This document shows, piece by piece, positions 54,791 through 64,000 of a stretch of DNA of 64,000 bases. The stretch spans positions 1 to 64,000 of IMG/VR virus record IMGVR_UViG_2654587921_000002, one strand, 5' to 3'. Positions within the stretch are counted from its first letter, which is position 1. Each line of letters starts with the position of its first letter. The stretch is from a virus (lineage: Duplodnaviria; Caudoviricetes). The notes below the pieces were generated by a model that was not told the DNA's origin, ran no database searches, and saw nothing but the letters and a program-made list of their open reading frames with translations. The translations under genes were made by a program, and so were the position numbers.

Positions 54791-56234
54791 TCCCTAATCC
54801 TTTATCTTGTATGTACTTTTTCTCCCTGGCTCTTTGATCAACAACCTCCTTCCAATCCTTGCCCTGTTCAGCGCATTTTTCTTCCAAAGTAGCAAAGTTT
54901 GCATCAACCTCCTCGCCGCTGGCCTTTACATCTTTCAGCGGATCAATCCATGTCCAACCTGGCGGAATCCATACATGCTCCAAATACCGTTCTTTTTCCT
55001 GCCAAAAATCCTTAATGTTGACCTCGCCAGTTAAAACGGCGCTCATAATGAATTCATTGAAAATTTCAATACAGGCATGCTCAATAAGATAATCCTGTAT
55101 TGGTTCGAATGTTTTTCGATCTTCCAACAATCCTTGTCGAGCCGAAGAGTAGGTTACCTTAGACACATCCCTACTAACCATTTCATAACTGAGGCCTTGA
55201 CCAGCACCAACCAAGCGCTGCTGTTGCTCTACAAAATCCTTTGTGTTTGTTGGGATATTCCCGGGATTAGCAACCTCAATGTCTTCGCCTGGCTGCAAGT
55301 ATTCAATCATACCTGGTTCAATAGTATCTACCCGTTTAGGGCTTTTTTGTCCATCGACCGGCATTTTTTGGATTCTTGCGTATGGGTTCGAATTACCAGG
55401 TGCAGCTTTAATAAACATAGAAAAACAAGCGGCAATTCTTGCTTTCACTCGCTCAGCTTCGAGGTATTCTCCGGAATCACGAATTGAATCCATGGAACTT
55501 GCTAATTCAGAAATACCACGAACCTGAGTCGGTCTGGTTTTACTAAAGAGATGAATTACTCGGTCAGCAGACACCCGAATTGAATTAACTGCAAAATAGC
55601 CGTCTGGCAGGGTTTCATAAAGCCAATATGCTACCGGTTTATTCACCTTGTTGACTTCCACACCAGATTTTACAAGATTTCCGTTTTCTCCATACTGGCG
55701 AGATGTATCTAGCTGATCCGGCTCTATTAACTGAATTTTAAAAGGTATTTTGGCTGTAGCATCAAAGGTCTTAATAATAAAAATTTCACCGTCTACAATA
55801 CGCCGGCGAATAAGCATTCTCATTATTTCGTTGAAGGATGACTGACCGGTAACATCGCAGTTTTCATGACGGCACCACTTTTTCCAGGCTTTTTCAATAG
55901 CTTTGTTAATTTTTTCGTCATCTTCGCCGTTTTTCTTTTTTACCCGCGCCTGGAAATTAAAACCCCGTCCAACGACATTACGTTCAAATGACAAAATAAC
56001 ACTTTTTGCGATGTCATTATTGCGTTCTAAATCCCTTGCCCGCCGTAGTAAACGCTCACGATATGGCCGATCAATCTGTTCTGCTGTCCCGCCGGCTGCG
56101 GCCCATCCTGATCCTAGTCTGTCCATACGAGCGGCGTCATAATTTCGAAGTGTTTCACCGGCTTGCCGGTAGGCTTCCCTTTCATAGGCCCAGCGTGGCG
56201 AAATCATGGAAATGACTTTATCAATGAAATTCAT
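54726..56234 (-). CDS. Portal protein, lambda family
   Basis: YDAARMDR..RARDLERNN..QLIEPDQL..RPTQVRGIS..YSSARQGLLE..WIDPLKDV. Confidence 0.93.
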   Translation of the reverse strand: MNFIDKVISMISPRWAYEREAYRQAGETLRNYDAARMDRLGSGWAAAGGTAEQIDRPYRERLLRRARDLERNNDIAKSVILSFERNVVGRGFNFQARVKKKNGEDDEKINKAIEKAWKKWCRHENCDVTGQSSFNEIMRMLIRRRIVDGEIFIIKTFDATAKIPFKIQLIEPDQLDTSRQYGENGNLVKSGVEVNKVNKPVAYWLYETLPDGYFAVNSIRVSADRVIHLFSKTRPTQVRGISELASSMDSIRDSGEYLEAERVKARIAACFSMFIKAAPGNSNPYARIQKMPVDGQKSPKRVDTIEPGMIEYLQPGEDIEVANPGNIPTNTKDFVEQQQRLVGAGQGLSYEMVSRDVSKVTYSSARQGLLEDRKTFEPIQDYLIEHACIEIFNEFIMSAVLTGEVNIKDFWQEKERYLEHVWIPPGWTWIDPLKDVKASGEEVDANFATLEEKCAEQGKDWKEVVDQRAREKKYIQDKGLGSDDIADEGGGNKKTPATGAGD

Positions 56235-56244
56235 AAACTACCTC

Positions 56245-56475
56245 CTACCGCGTCGGCCATCGAGCGTATGCCCGGGTTGTTCCCAAAGATTCGTAAGAAA
56301 TTTGCTGTTTTAAAGCTGCTTCGCGCTCGTATAAGGTTTTTAGATTTGCGTGAACAACATTTTTACTTCCTATTCCATATTCTTGGGCACCGGTTTCAAT
56401 TGCAGCAATCTTCGCCTGTACCCGGGCAAGCTGTTCTTGAAGCGTTTCCATATTTTTCATCACCTCCTCAGCCAA
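56245..56475 (-). CDS. Head-tail joining protein (gpW-like)
   Basis: AIETGAQEYGIGSK..ANLKTLYERE, between terminase and portal. Confidence 0.75.
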   Translation of the reverse strand: MAEEVMKNMETLQEQLARVQAKIAAIETGAQEYGIGSKNVVHANLKTLYEREAALKQQISYESLGTTRAYARWPTR

Positions 56476-58328
56476 TTGCTCTTCCTTGCTTCCCTCTCAA
56501 TAGGCGGTACCGGAATCACTATCTCAGGCTCAACCAAATACCTCACTCCGGCTATTTCAGCTGCCAGAGCACAGTTAACCTCAACGTCCAGCATATGGTT
56601 TTGCGCATGACTGCTGATCGGCTGCCATTCATATGTTACTCGGCCTTTTTTATCTTTTTGCTCAATCTTTTGCTCAGAACAAATCATATCGGCATAGCGC
56701 CGGTCACAGCCTTGATATACATTCCATGAGCCTGGAGCACCAGCAGGGACAGTTAGTCTGCCAGCTATAAAATCTTTGAATTGATTGGGATCAAAATTAT
56801 ACAGTAATAACCCGAAAAACTTATCCAGCTTGGTAACAGTATATCGTGCTTTTAGCGGTTTTGATGAGCCTTTAGTGGGCAGGCATATACCCTGGTGCTC
56901 CGCGCAGAACTGGTATACTTCATCGGTATTGTAACCAGAGTCAATGCAAGCTAGGTTAATATAATAGGCCTCACCCAATGTTGTTGGGTAAGGCCTATAG
57001 ATAATATTTTCAATTTCTGCCCACGTTTCTACGCGGCCATAATCCACCAGCCACGATGTCAACTTCGGCCCCCACGCTCTAACTCCCCACCAAAAATGAT
57101 TTAACTGCACATCAACGCCTAAAGTAAGCAACTGTGCTTTGTCAAAGACACGGCCTTGTTCATAATCCAATTGCTTTTCTAGCACTATATCTGATTTTAA
57201 CCTGCTTGCTTTGTTTTCCCACGGCTCTGCTAGCCATGAATTCACAAAATTCATGAGATTGGACGGTGTATCCTTGGACTCTAGAAACTCTCTAGCGATA
57301 CGGCCAAACGATACAAACGGGCTATAAATCGAATTGAGATGATAAGCAACGGTTCGAATTCGCCCAATCGGTTTGTTTTCAGATACCCACTCGCCAAGCC
57401 TAAGCATGGTTTGCTTATGGCTATCGCTAATTTTACCACCACAATGAGCGCATTCATACCAAGCTACATCTTCTACTAACTTAGGATTATCCTTTATTTC
57501 CTCCGGCCATTTAACTCCGCCGCGGTCCCCTTTCTTTGCCGGTCGAAAAACAAACGGCTGCATAGCTTTGCAATGAGGGCAGGGCACATGGTATTTATAC
57601 CGGACATCAGCCGCCATATAGGCAGGCCAAATATTTTTATTTTTTGTTACAGGGGTTGATGCATCAACAATTTTTTTATTATGGGGAAAAGCCTTGGTCC
57701 GTTCCTCCGTTAGTTTCATAGGACTTGCTTCATCACCAGACCATTTTTCGTATTTGTCAATTTCATCTCGAAACAAATAGCGAACCGGTCGGGATGCAGT
57801 TTGACTTGGAGAATTAGCGCTTAGTATAGCTATGAACATGTCGGTAAAGTCCAGTTCAAGCTCTTTACTGCGAACATTAAACTTATCAGCAATAGATATT
57901 GTTGATGTAATCATGGGCTGTAAACGCCTATTGCTTGAAAACTTGCCGGTACTTTCTTCCGGATATACTAACGCCGTTGGCCCGGGGTCCTGATCGATCA
58001 AATAGCCAATCATGTTATTGATGCACTCGGTTTTAGCTGATTGCGATCCCCAAACTAAAATAATGCGTTCAATTTCTTTGTCGGTAAAGGCATCCATCGG
58101 CCCCCGCGTGTAAGGAGTGAAATCGGTGCGCCATGGACCAGGCTTGGAGCTGATCAAATCCAGCACACGATTCTTGTCCGCCCACTGCGAAACAGTCATT
58201 CGCTCCGGCGGTTTTAATGCTTGCCTTAATGCTAACGGAAACTCAATTACATTATCTTTTCTTCGTCTTTTTGGCTTTTCGATACTGGCTGGTGCTGGAG
58301 AGTTGTTCAAGGAGGTCATGGACGGCAT
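56460..58328 (-). CDS. Terminase large subunit (lambda gpA family)
   Basis: PGPWRTDFTPY, SQSAKTE, FRDEIDKY, ASTP, PCPHC, LTLGVDVQ, NHMLD. Confidence 0.95.
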   Translation of the reverse strand: MPSMTSLNNSPAPASIEKPKRRRKDNVIEFPLALRQALKPPERMTVSQWADKNRVLDLISSKPGPWRTDFTPYTRGPMDAFTDKEIERIILVWGSQSAKTECINNMIGYLIDQDPGPTALVYPEESTGKFSSNRRLQPMITSTISIADKFNVRSKELELDFTDMFIAILSANSPSQTASRPVRYLFRDEIDKYEKWSGDEASPMKLTEERTKAFPHNKKIVDASTPVTKNKNIWPAYMAADVRYKYHVPCPHCKAMQPFVFRPAKKGDRGGVKWPEEIKDNPKLVEDVAWYECAHCGGKISDSHKQTMLRLGEWVSENKPIGRIRTVAYHLNSIYSPFVSFGRIAREFLESKDTPSNLMNFVNSWLAEPWENKASRLKSDIVLEKQLDYEQGRVFDKAQLLTLGVDVQLNHFWWGVRAWGPKLTSWLVDYGRVETWAEIENIIYRPYPTTLGEAYYINLACIDSGYNTDEVYQFCAEHQGICLPTKGSSKPLKARYTVTKLDKFFGLLLYNFDPNQFKDFIAGRLTVPAGAPGSWNVYQGCDRRYADMICSEQKIEQKDKKGRVTYEWQPISSHAQNHMLDVEVNCALAAEIAGVRYLVEPEIVIPVPPIEREARKSNWLRR

Positions 58329-58785
58329 CAGTCATCACTTTCTCTACAGAGCGCATATCCAAGTGTGCAAGTTCTGGGGCAATTGTCCTTGACCATAAAA
58401 GCAAGTTTGTTTTTAATTGATTTCCAATAACCATCCATTGCCTGTCCACCTCCTCTTTAGGGATATATTCGCCCTTCAGTACTCCAAGCTGTAGTTTTTC
58501 TTTTTCAGCTTTCATTTCGCGATAATCGGCATCAGATTTAAGCTTGCGAGCTTCATTGCTCAAAGGCGCATTACTGCCAGCACCAAGGCCACCTAGCCAT
58601 TCATTCAGCTTTTGAATATTCCACCAGCCACGGGCCTCATTGGGAGCTCCACGCTTTTTCCAATCAATCAAGGTCCGTGGTGTAACGTTAAAAAACTTGG
58701 CTGTCATTTCCGAATTTAGGTAAAAAAAATCACCTTCAAATTTTATCCATGAAGGCACAGTAATACTAGATTTTATAGTTGCCAT
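58252..58785 (-). CDS. Terminase small subunit (Nu1-like HTH)
   Basis: TAKFFNVTPRTLIDWKKRGAP..WNIQKLNEW, then coiled coil. Confidence 0.85.
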   Translation of the reverse strand: MATIKSSITVPSWIKFEGDFFYLNSEMTAKFFNVTPRTLIDWKKRGAPNEARGWWNIQKLNEWLGGLGAGSNAPLSNEARKLKSDADYREMKAEKEKLQLGVLKGEYIPKEEVDRQWMVIGNQLKTNLLLWSRTIAPELAHLDMRSVEKVMTDAVHDLLEQLSSTSQYRKAKKTKKR

Positions 58786-58849
58786 AATATTTTCGATTAC
58801 CTCACTTAATTCGGAAAATCGGAAGTGGATTTTTCAGTTTTCACAGAGA

Positions 58850-58902
58850 CAAAAGTCGGGGCTCGCAAGACCCTCAAGCCGTCTACCCCTCCGGAAGGAC
58901 CC
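58850..58902 (-). other. Putative cos region
   Basis: GGGTCCT (identical to lambda cosQ) at 58902-58896, followed by GC-rich TCCGGAGGGGTAGACGGCTTGAGGGTCTTGCGAGCCCCG upstream of terS. Confidence 0.55.
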
Positions 58903-59072
58903 ATTTATCATCAGCCGTTCTCGAATGGCCGGGGCCATCCAGACCACTCTCCCATAGCCGTTGCAGTCTGTCTGATGCTAATGATGGAGGAGTTACACAA
59001 ATAAACCTTGTCACTTGTTCTGACTTGCCAACGTTTCGAGTTTTATTTAACACAATATAGTCAGTCACGTTA

Positions 59073-59288
59073 TCAGCCTCTCTTTCGTTTCATCCTGCCT
59101 TTATCACGCTGACATATCCCCGCATTCGTTCGCATCAACTCACGATAGTTATCACCACGCGGCCGCTTACGATAGGTGACACACTGCCGGTCAACGTTAT
59201 ACACTCGGTTAACTGTACAAAGCTGCTCTGGATTATCGTTGTGCTGGCAGATTGAGTTGCAATAAAGTTTTTCCGGCAAGTGGGTCAC
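59073..59288 (-). CDS. Small Cys-rich protein
   Basis: YCNSICQHN..CT..CVTY. Confidence 0.5.
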   Translation of the reverse strand: MTHLPEKLYCNSICQHNDNPEQLCTVNRVYNVDRQCVTYRKRPRGDNYRELMRTNAGICQRDKGRMKRKRG

Positions 59289-59324
59289 CTCCGTTATGGG
59301 TAAAAAAAGAGCCCCGGTTAGGGC

Positions 59325-60002
59325 TCATATTGTTGGATATTGTTGAGCAATAATTTTTAACTGTTTTAATCCATTCTCGGTTAACAATCCTTCTTTATTT
59401 ACAATACCCATCTCAATTAACTTTGTACGCAAAGAAGGACTTGTAAGCATTTTAGACAATTGTTCTTCAATCTTTTTACAGTTTCTAGCTGAATTAATCG
59501 ATAAATTCAAGTTTTCTCTACCAAAGCTTCTAACTAGCATCTTAAATATATTAAGATGTTGATTCGACATTACAGACAATTGTTGGTGTAAAACTGCTGT
59601 CTCTAATTGATTTTGCAACTCAGAATATTTTACTTTTAGATTAGTTAATTCCTTATTTGCAGTTGATAAAGCTATTCGATATTTTTCAGCATCTTGCTCG
59701 TTTAATTTAGACTTTGTGATTAATTCCTGTATTAGTTTATCAACTTCGGCTTGCTTAGAATCTGCCTTTTCTTCGGTTTTAGCAACTTCCTCAATAATGT
59801 CAGGTGTTGTATCTTTAAATCTAAAGCTTAAGCCAAGCCCATTTCCTTCGAGTAATCGATCAAGTAAATCCTTTATAGCGTCCTTATGATTTCTCATAAA
59901 TATAATAGCTATAACAGATATAGCTATTGGCCATGATGCTATCACTTGAAATAATCGTATAACTATATCAGCCCATTTAAGGTAGAGTTCAGACCACTCC
60001 AT
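59325..60002 (-). CDS. AT-rich moron: membrane-anchored coiled-coil protein
   Basis: TM IASWPIAISVIAIIF, coiled coil, wHTH-like end (GIVNKEGLLTENG); hairpins on both sides. Confidence 0.6.
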   Translation of the reverse strand: MEWSELYLKWADIVIRLFQVIASWPIAISVIAIIFMRNHKDAIKDLLDRLLEGNGLGLSFRFKDTTPDIIEEVAKTEEKADSKQAEVDKLIQELITKSKLNEQDAEKYRIALSTANKELTNLKVKYSELQNQLETAVLHQQLSVMSNQHLNIFKMLVRSFGRENLNLSINSARNCKKIEEQLSKMLTSPSLRTKLIEMGIVNKEGLLTENGLKQLKIIAQQYPTI

Positions 60003-60154
60003 AAACACACATCCTTTCACCAACTTACACCATTCGACAAAAGGCAATAAATTCCTGCTAACAGAAAAGCCGCCCAAATGGACGGCTTGCAATTTAAATA
60101 TAATACTTTCAATTTATATTTTACTTTATTTATACTGCCATTTCAATGACATCT

Positions 60155-60877
60155 TTATGCCTTCTGTGATAGCCCGTCAATGCCGAATATTAAAGCACTT
60201 AGCCTGTTATAGTTGGCTTCCATGTCACGAAAAAAAGTTCTTTCTTCAATATCTTCCTGCTTGCAGATAGCTTCTCGGCTAGGCTTGGCGTTATCATCTT
60301 GAGGGAAATAAACCGCTTTAAGAATCCGGTATCGTCGCATATCCTCAGGCTTCCCGGTGCGCTCGCAATAAATGCCGTAATGCATAACCATCTGGTCAAT
60401 GTGTGCCAGGATCAGTTTGGTACGAGCAACCGACTGCTTGATAGAATGAATATAAGTTGTTGCGTCAGTATCGTCTAATGAATCCAGTATGTCAATGACA
60501 TATCCATATTCGTTTTCAACTCGTTGCTCCTTTTCGTAGATAGCATTTTCGCAATGGTCTTTTAGTAACTCATATTTTTTTAGCAGCAGCTTTGTATTCC
60601 GGAGCCGTTTATCATGACGTGATTTAAACTGCCGGCGCTTCTGCTGTTCAGAGTGATTTAATGCAGCCTTAGCAGCAGTTTCGGATATAATCTCGACAAT
60701 CATTTTTTCGGTTTCTGAATGGCTGTCAGACAGTCGCTTGAGCAATTTTGCTTTAGCGGCTGTTCTTATTGTTTCCTGCGCCCGTTCATGAATTTCGCGG
60801 CATTCCTTGCAAACATCAACACCGTAGAATTGTTTACAGTCCGGTTTTTCAGTGATGCATAAACTGCATGTAGTCAA
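60155..60877 (-). CDS. Late-gene transcriptional activator (ArpU/RinA-like)
   Basis: RNTKLLLKKY..RRYRILKAVY..EERTFFRD; last gene before the packaging module. Confidence 0.65.
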   Translation of the reverse strand: MTTCSLCITEKPDCKQFYGVDVCKECREIHERAQETIRTAAKAKLLKRLSDSHSETEKMIVEIISETAAKAALNHSEQQKRRQFKSRHDKRLRNTKLLLKKYELLKDHCENAIYEKEQRVENEYGYVIDILDSLDDTDATTYIHSIKQSVARTKLILAHIDQMVMHYGIYCERTGKPEDMRRYRILKAVYFPQDDNAKPSREAICKQEDIEERTFFRDMEANYNRLSALIFGIDGLSQKA

Positions 60878-61042
60878 AATATCACCACCCGTTTTTCTTG
60901 GAGTAAAAATTCTTGCTGGATTTAGGATACAACCCGCGACACTCGGCGCAGGGTTTATTGTGCGGATCCGCTTCGAAATGCTGGCAGCCATGGCAGAGCG
61001 GTGTTGGCATGGAGTTGGCTTCTGTGGTGTGGGGATATTTAA

Positions 61043-61351
61043 TCATTCAGGCACCTCCATAAACCGGACCGGGATATTATTTTCCCGGGCAAATTGTATT
61101 TCCATCTGGCATCCTTCGGACTGTCGCCAGTCGCCATAAACGTGGAGCTCATCTGAGCGGGCGAGTAACACCAGACAGTATTTGAGTACCAGTTCCTGCG
61201 GGCCGCGCGGGTCTACAAAATCGAATGCATGTAATGGTGACAACGGGACGATTTCGCCAGCAGCAAGGAGTTGCTGGCATATTTTATTGACACGGGTTAA
61301 ATTATTATCGATATCGCCCCTTAGCGGATGGGCTATGTATACGGTTTTCAA
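61043..61351 (-). CDS. DUF4406/nucleoside 2-deoxyribosyltransferase-like protein
   Basis: VYIAHPLRG..PLSPLH..LARSDELHVYGDWRQSEGCQME. Confidence 0.75.
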   Translation of the reverse strand: MKTVYIAHPLRGDIDNNLTRVNKICQQLLAAGEIVPLSPLHAFDFVDPRGPQELVLKYCLVLLARSDELHVYGDWRQSEGCQMEIQFARENNIPVRFMEVPE

Positions 61352-61554
61352 ATTTTCTCACTCCCAATTTTGAGTTGATTTTAATGGCAGGTTAGTTAAT
61401 TACCTCGGGAATTCCCTCAACTCTCGCATAACCGCCCGCCTTAGCGACTCCTTACCATGGTCTATATGCGCCTTACCGGACTGCCTATCCCACCGGCGCA
61501 TCCTCTGTAACTCCCGCTTGTCCGGTATGCACGTTGCTGTGTAGCCTTTGCGGG

Positions 61555-62428
61555 TCATGGTTTGGCCTCCCCATCCCCGGCATTGATCGCCCGCCTACTC
61601 GCATTATTAAAAACTTCAATTGCTCCAGTTGCTTTTCTAGCCAGCAGGACAATTCTCAGCAAATCCGGCCTGTGCACCTTGTCATATTTACTATCTACAG
61701 GCGTTTCAGCAATCTGGTTGGCCTGCTCGGCTCTGGTGGTCAGTTCGGCGACCTGATTAATTAAATTTTCATTTTCGATTAATAAACTTGCATAACGAGA
61801 ATGAATTGATTCACTCACCGTCCGCACCTCCCCGGTACTTGGCTAACGCCTCCGCTAAACATCTGCCGTGTCCCGTGTCTCCTAGTTTGTTTTGCTTTAA
61901 CCATGCAAGGGTATCAGTGGCGACAGTAACCAGATACTGTACCCGCTCCCCGGCCTGCTCTGGGGTGGTGGAGAGGGCTTGGTCAACCTTGCTATATTTC
62001 GCTAAACACCTTTCTGTATGTGGCTCATAATCACAAGACGGCTCGTATTTGCATACGTGACATTTTATATAAGAGCAATCTTTCAGCGCTTTTCGAGCTA
62101 TTTTGTTCTCCCATTCATGCGTTGTTAGTCCAGCTATACAATCCAGCGCCCCCCGCACCACCTCATAAGCGGCCTGGAGGTTGTTAATTTTGTGTTGCTG
62201 GTTATCAAATATTGCGCTCATGTCAAGCATTTTTAAGCAACAAGCTTTGTATGCATCGGCAATCTTTTGGTCAGTTTCAGCTATTTCTTTTTCAGCCGCC
62301 TCCAACCGGGCGCGGAGGTCGGCGTTTTCTTGCAATAATCCGTCGATAACAGCACTACCAAAAAACGTTTTTCCTTCCGCTCTTGCCTTTTCAACATAAG
62401 CAGAGTCATATTTTATACACTCACTCAC
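61555..62428 (-). CDS. Two hypothetical early proteins (61555-61827, 61811-62428)
   Basis: Coupled ORFs, coiled coil. Confidence 0.5.
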
Positions 62429-62646
62429 CCGCGCTCACTCCTTTTATTCCAAGCCGCAACAGCCTGTTCTTTGGTGTCAAAATATCCGCTTGAAGCTCCG
62501 CACCCACCTTTGCTAAAATTACAAACCACCAAAACATATTCTTCATTGTCGCAACACTCAAATTCCTTACAGTCTTCCAATCTCTTGCAGTCGCTAAAAT
62601 CAATTTCACTTCCTCCGCAAAACGGACAAGGTTTTAACTCACTCAC
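62425..62646 (-). CDS. Lar-family restriction alleviation protein
   Basis: MSELKPCPFCGG..VVCNFSKGGCGAS..A..AWNKR. Confidence 0.78.
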   Translation of the reverse strand: MSELKPCPFCGGSEIDFSDCKRLEDCKEFECCDNEEYVLVVCNFSKGGCGASSGYFDTKEQAVAAWNKRSERG

Positions 62647-63104
62647 CAGCGCCAGCCTCCTTCTCCAATTTAGCCCCGCAGTACGGGCAGTATATAACTT
62701 CATTCAGTACCGTATAAAAACGCAAATACCACTTTGCTGGTTTGTTTCCTGGCATTTGTACTTTCTCGACTCCAATAGTATCAATTTTATCTAAGACTCT
62801 ACACCTATGCTCATCGACTGTTAACGCCATGCTCACCCTACTCCGCTCCCTTTCGCTGTAGTCGGTCATGTTCATTCAACACCCGGCAAAACTCTTTGCA
62901 GTCGCACCCTGCGCACAAAACCTTATCCTGCTTGGCTTTTACCGCCGCCCTCCCAAGCTCTGCCTCCGGGGCCAGCGCTTTGATTAATTCAATAGTGTGC
63001 TGCAAATTCATAATGTCTCTGGCGGTACAATCTGCATGTACCAAAATAGCAATTGCATATTCTATAACATCTATCGCCTGCTCCGGCGTAATCTTAGCGT
63101 CCAT
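62639..63104 (-). CDS. Two small hypothetical early proteins (62639-62830, 62838-63104)
   Basis: CPYCG and CAGCDC motifs; RBS present. Confidence 0.5.
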
Positions 63105-63660
63105 TGGTGGCCTCCTTCACCTTACGTTTTATCTCCCAAAGTTCGTTTTCCACTTCATTGCATCTACGCTGTGTATTTCTCAATCTCCGTTCAAGATCAT
63201 TAGCCCGATTCTGCGCAAAATGCATATGGGATACAGCGCTTTTAACTTTCATCCGTTCAGACAGACCGCGACTTAAGACAATATACTGCAAGACTTCAAA
63301 TACAGCATCTTTATCAAATTCATTCCGCTTGGCCTTTTTAACACAGACTAAGCGATTATCAACCACATGGTATAAACCGATTCCGGCTGGCAAATCGTCC
63401 TTTCGAATTACTTCCGGCGGACTGACAAAGTAAAATGTGTTACAAACCGGCAAATAGTTTTGCCATTTCTTATCTTGCAGGAAGTCGTTCCGGCTGACTT
63501 TTACTTCATAGCCGATTGTCCGCATGTTTCGGTATGCCTGAGACATTGCAAAGCCATCAAGGATATAACCTTTTGTGCCTCGGTATACATGAGCGAAGAA
63601 TTTTAGCTTTTGCTCGGTGCAGTGGCGGTGCAGAATTCGAATTACATCACTCTCAGTCAC
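63094..63660 (-). CDS. MmcB-like PD-(D/E)XK protein
   Basis: LDGFAM..GYEVKVSRNDFLQDKKWQNYLPVCNTFYFVSP..LPAGIGL. Confidence 0.75.
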   Translation of the reverse strand: MTESDVIRILHRHCTEQKLKFFAHVYRGTKGYILDGFAMSQAYRNMRTIGYEVKVSRNDFLQDKKWQNYLPVCNTFYFVSPPEVIRKDDLPAGIGLYHVVDNRLVCVKKAKRNEFDKDAVFEVLQYIVLSRGLSERMKVKSAVSHMHFAQNRANDLERRLRNTQRRCNEVENELWEIKRKVKEATNGR

Positions 63661-63853
63661 TTGTCCCCTCCGTCCCCGGCAGCGGCGGTATAATCATCCA
63701 GTGAGTTTTATCGTGTAATGTCATATCCTTCCGATATGTACCAACACCAAAACCAAGCTTCACATCATTAACGATTATACGCTGTCCATTTCCCGGCATA
63801 GTCTCCGGCGACACCGGCACCCACTGCTGGGCCGCCTCTAACTGCTCTTTCAT
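63653..63853 (-). CDS. DUF551-like protein
   Basis: WVPVSPETMP..THWMIIPPLP. Confidence 0.7.
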   Translation of the reverse strand: MKEQLEAAQQWVPVSPETMPGNGQRIIVNDVKLGFGVGTYRKDMTLHDKTHWMIIPPLPGTEGTSD

Positions 63854-64000
63854 GCCCTAAAGTCACATAGTTACCCCGGCCAGGCGATTTATACCAACAC
63901 TCTATATAATCAATCACGCTCATTCTCTCCACTCCTTATTGTTTGGTTAGGCGGGGTTAGCCTTTAGCCAGTAACTTCAGCAAATGAATCAGATTCCCCC

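Larger units (their letters stand above)
26877..64000 (-). mobile_element. Prophage (lambda-like head, P2-like contractile tail), continuing beyond the window
   Basis: Terminase, portal, capsid, sheath, tube, tape measure, baseplate, fibre, holin and amidase all present in order. Confidence 0.97.

Noticed and set aside
56245-56475. Peptidyl-prolyl isomerase label often given to this family
   Set aside because: Position and motif fit the gpW head-tail joining protein.
39400-58420. Numerous plus-strand ORFs opposite the structural genes
   Set aside because: Antisense shadows without RBS or recognisable motifs; the exception is 48455-48670.
58908-58914. Second CTGATGA (minus strand) as a hammerhead core
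   Set aside because: No stem II/GAAA/stem III geometry; it lies beside the putative cos.

Overview
The window is almost all mobile DNA from a Firmicute. GGAGG ribosome-binding sites (RBS), a Bacillus-type LexA box and a spanin-like gene pair suggest a diderm Negativicute such as a Sporomusa-like organism (inference). Two identical 47-bp copies of the 3' half of tRNA-Gly(CCC) (572-618 and 26830-26876, minus strand; neither is an intact tRNA) split it into three parts. (i) 1-571: end of flanking DNA, with a truncated ORF and a REP-like inverted repeat. (ii) About 619-26829: a 26-kb capsid-less integrative element with tyrosine integrase/Xis, an AEP primase-DUF927 helicase and iteron-rich origin, three ankyrin genes, a Sak4-like/exonuclease/MoxR-vWA/RadC operon, a calcineurin-like phosphoesterase-STAND NTPase and an AlbA/Schlafen-type gene followed by a 6 x 77-bp tandem array. 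(iii) About 26877 to beyond 64000: a prophage with a lambda-like cos/terminase/portal head, P2-like contractile tail, holin-amidase-spanin-like lysis genes and a large accessory region. Its integrase, repressor and the intact tRNA are expected to the right of the window. The most unusual signals are: an S8 protease paired with a free-standing paralogue of its own propeptide; a variant type I hammerhead ribozyme fold between two phage mini-genes; a perfect 67-bp inverted duplication of a promoter+RBS+ATG unit; the 77-bp array behind the Schlafen-like gene; a STAND-phosphoesterase whose first catalytic motif lies upstream of any canonical start codon; and an SOS-box-controlled Ku operon. All family assignments are by motif recognition; no searches were run.
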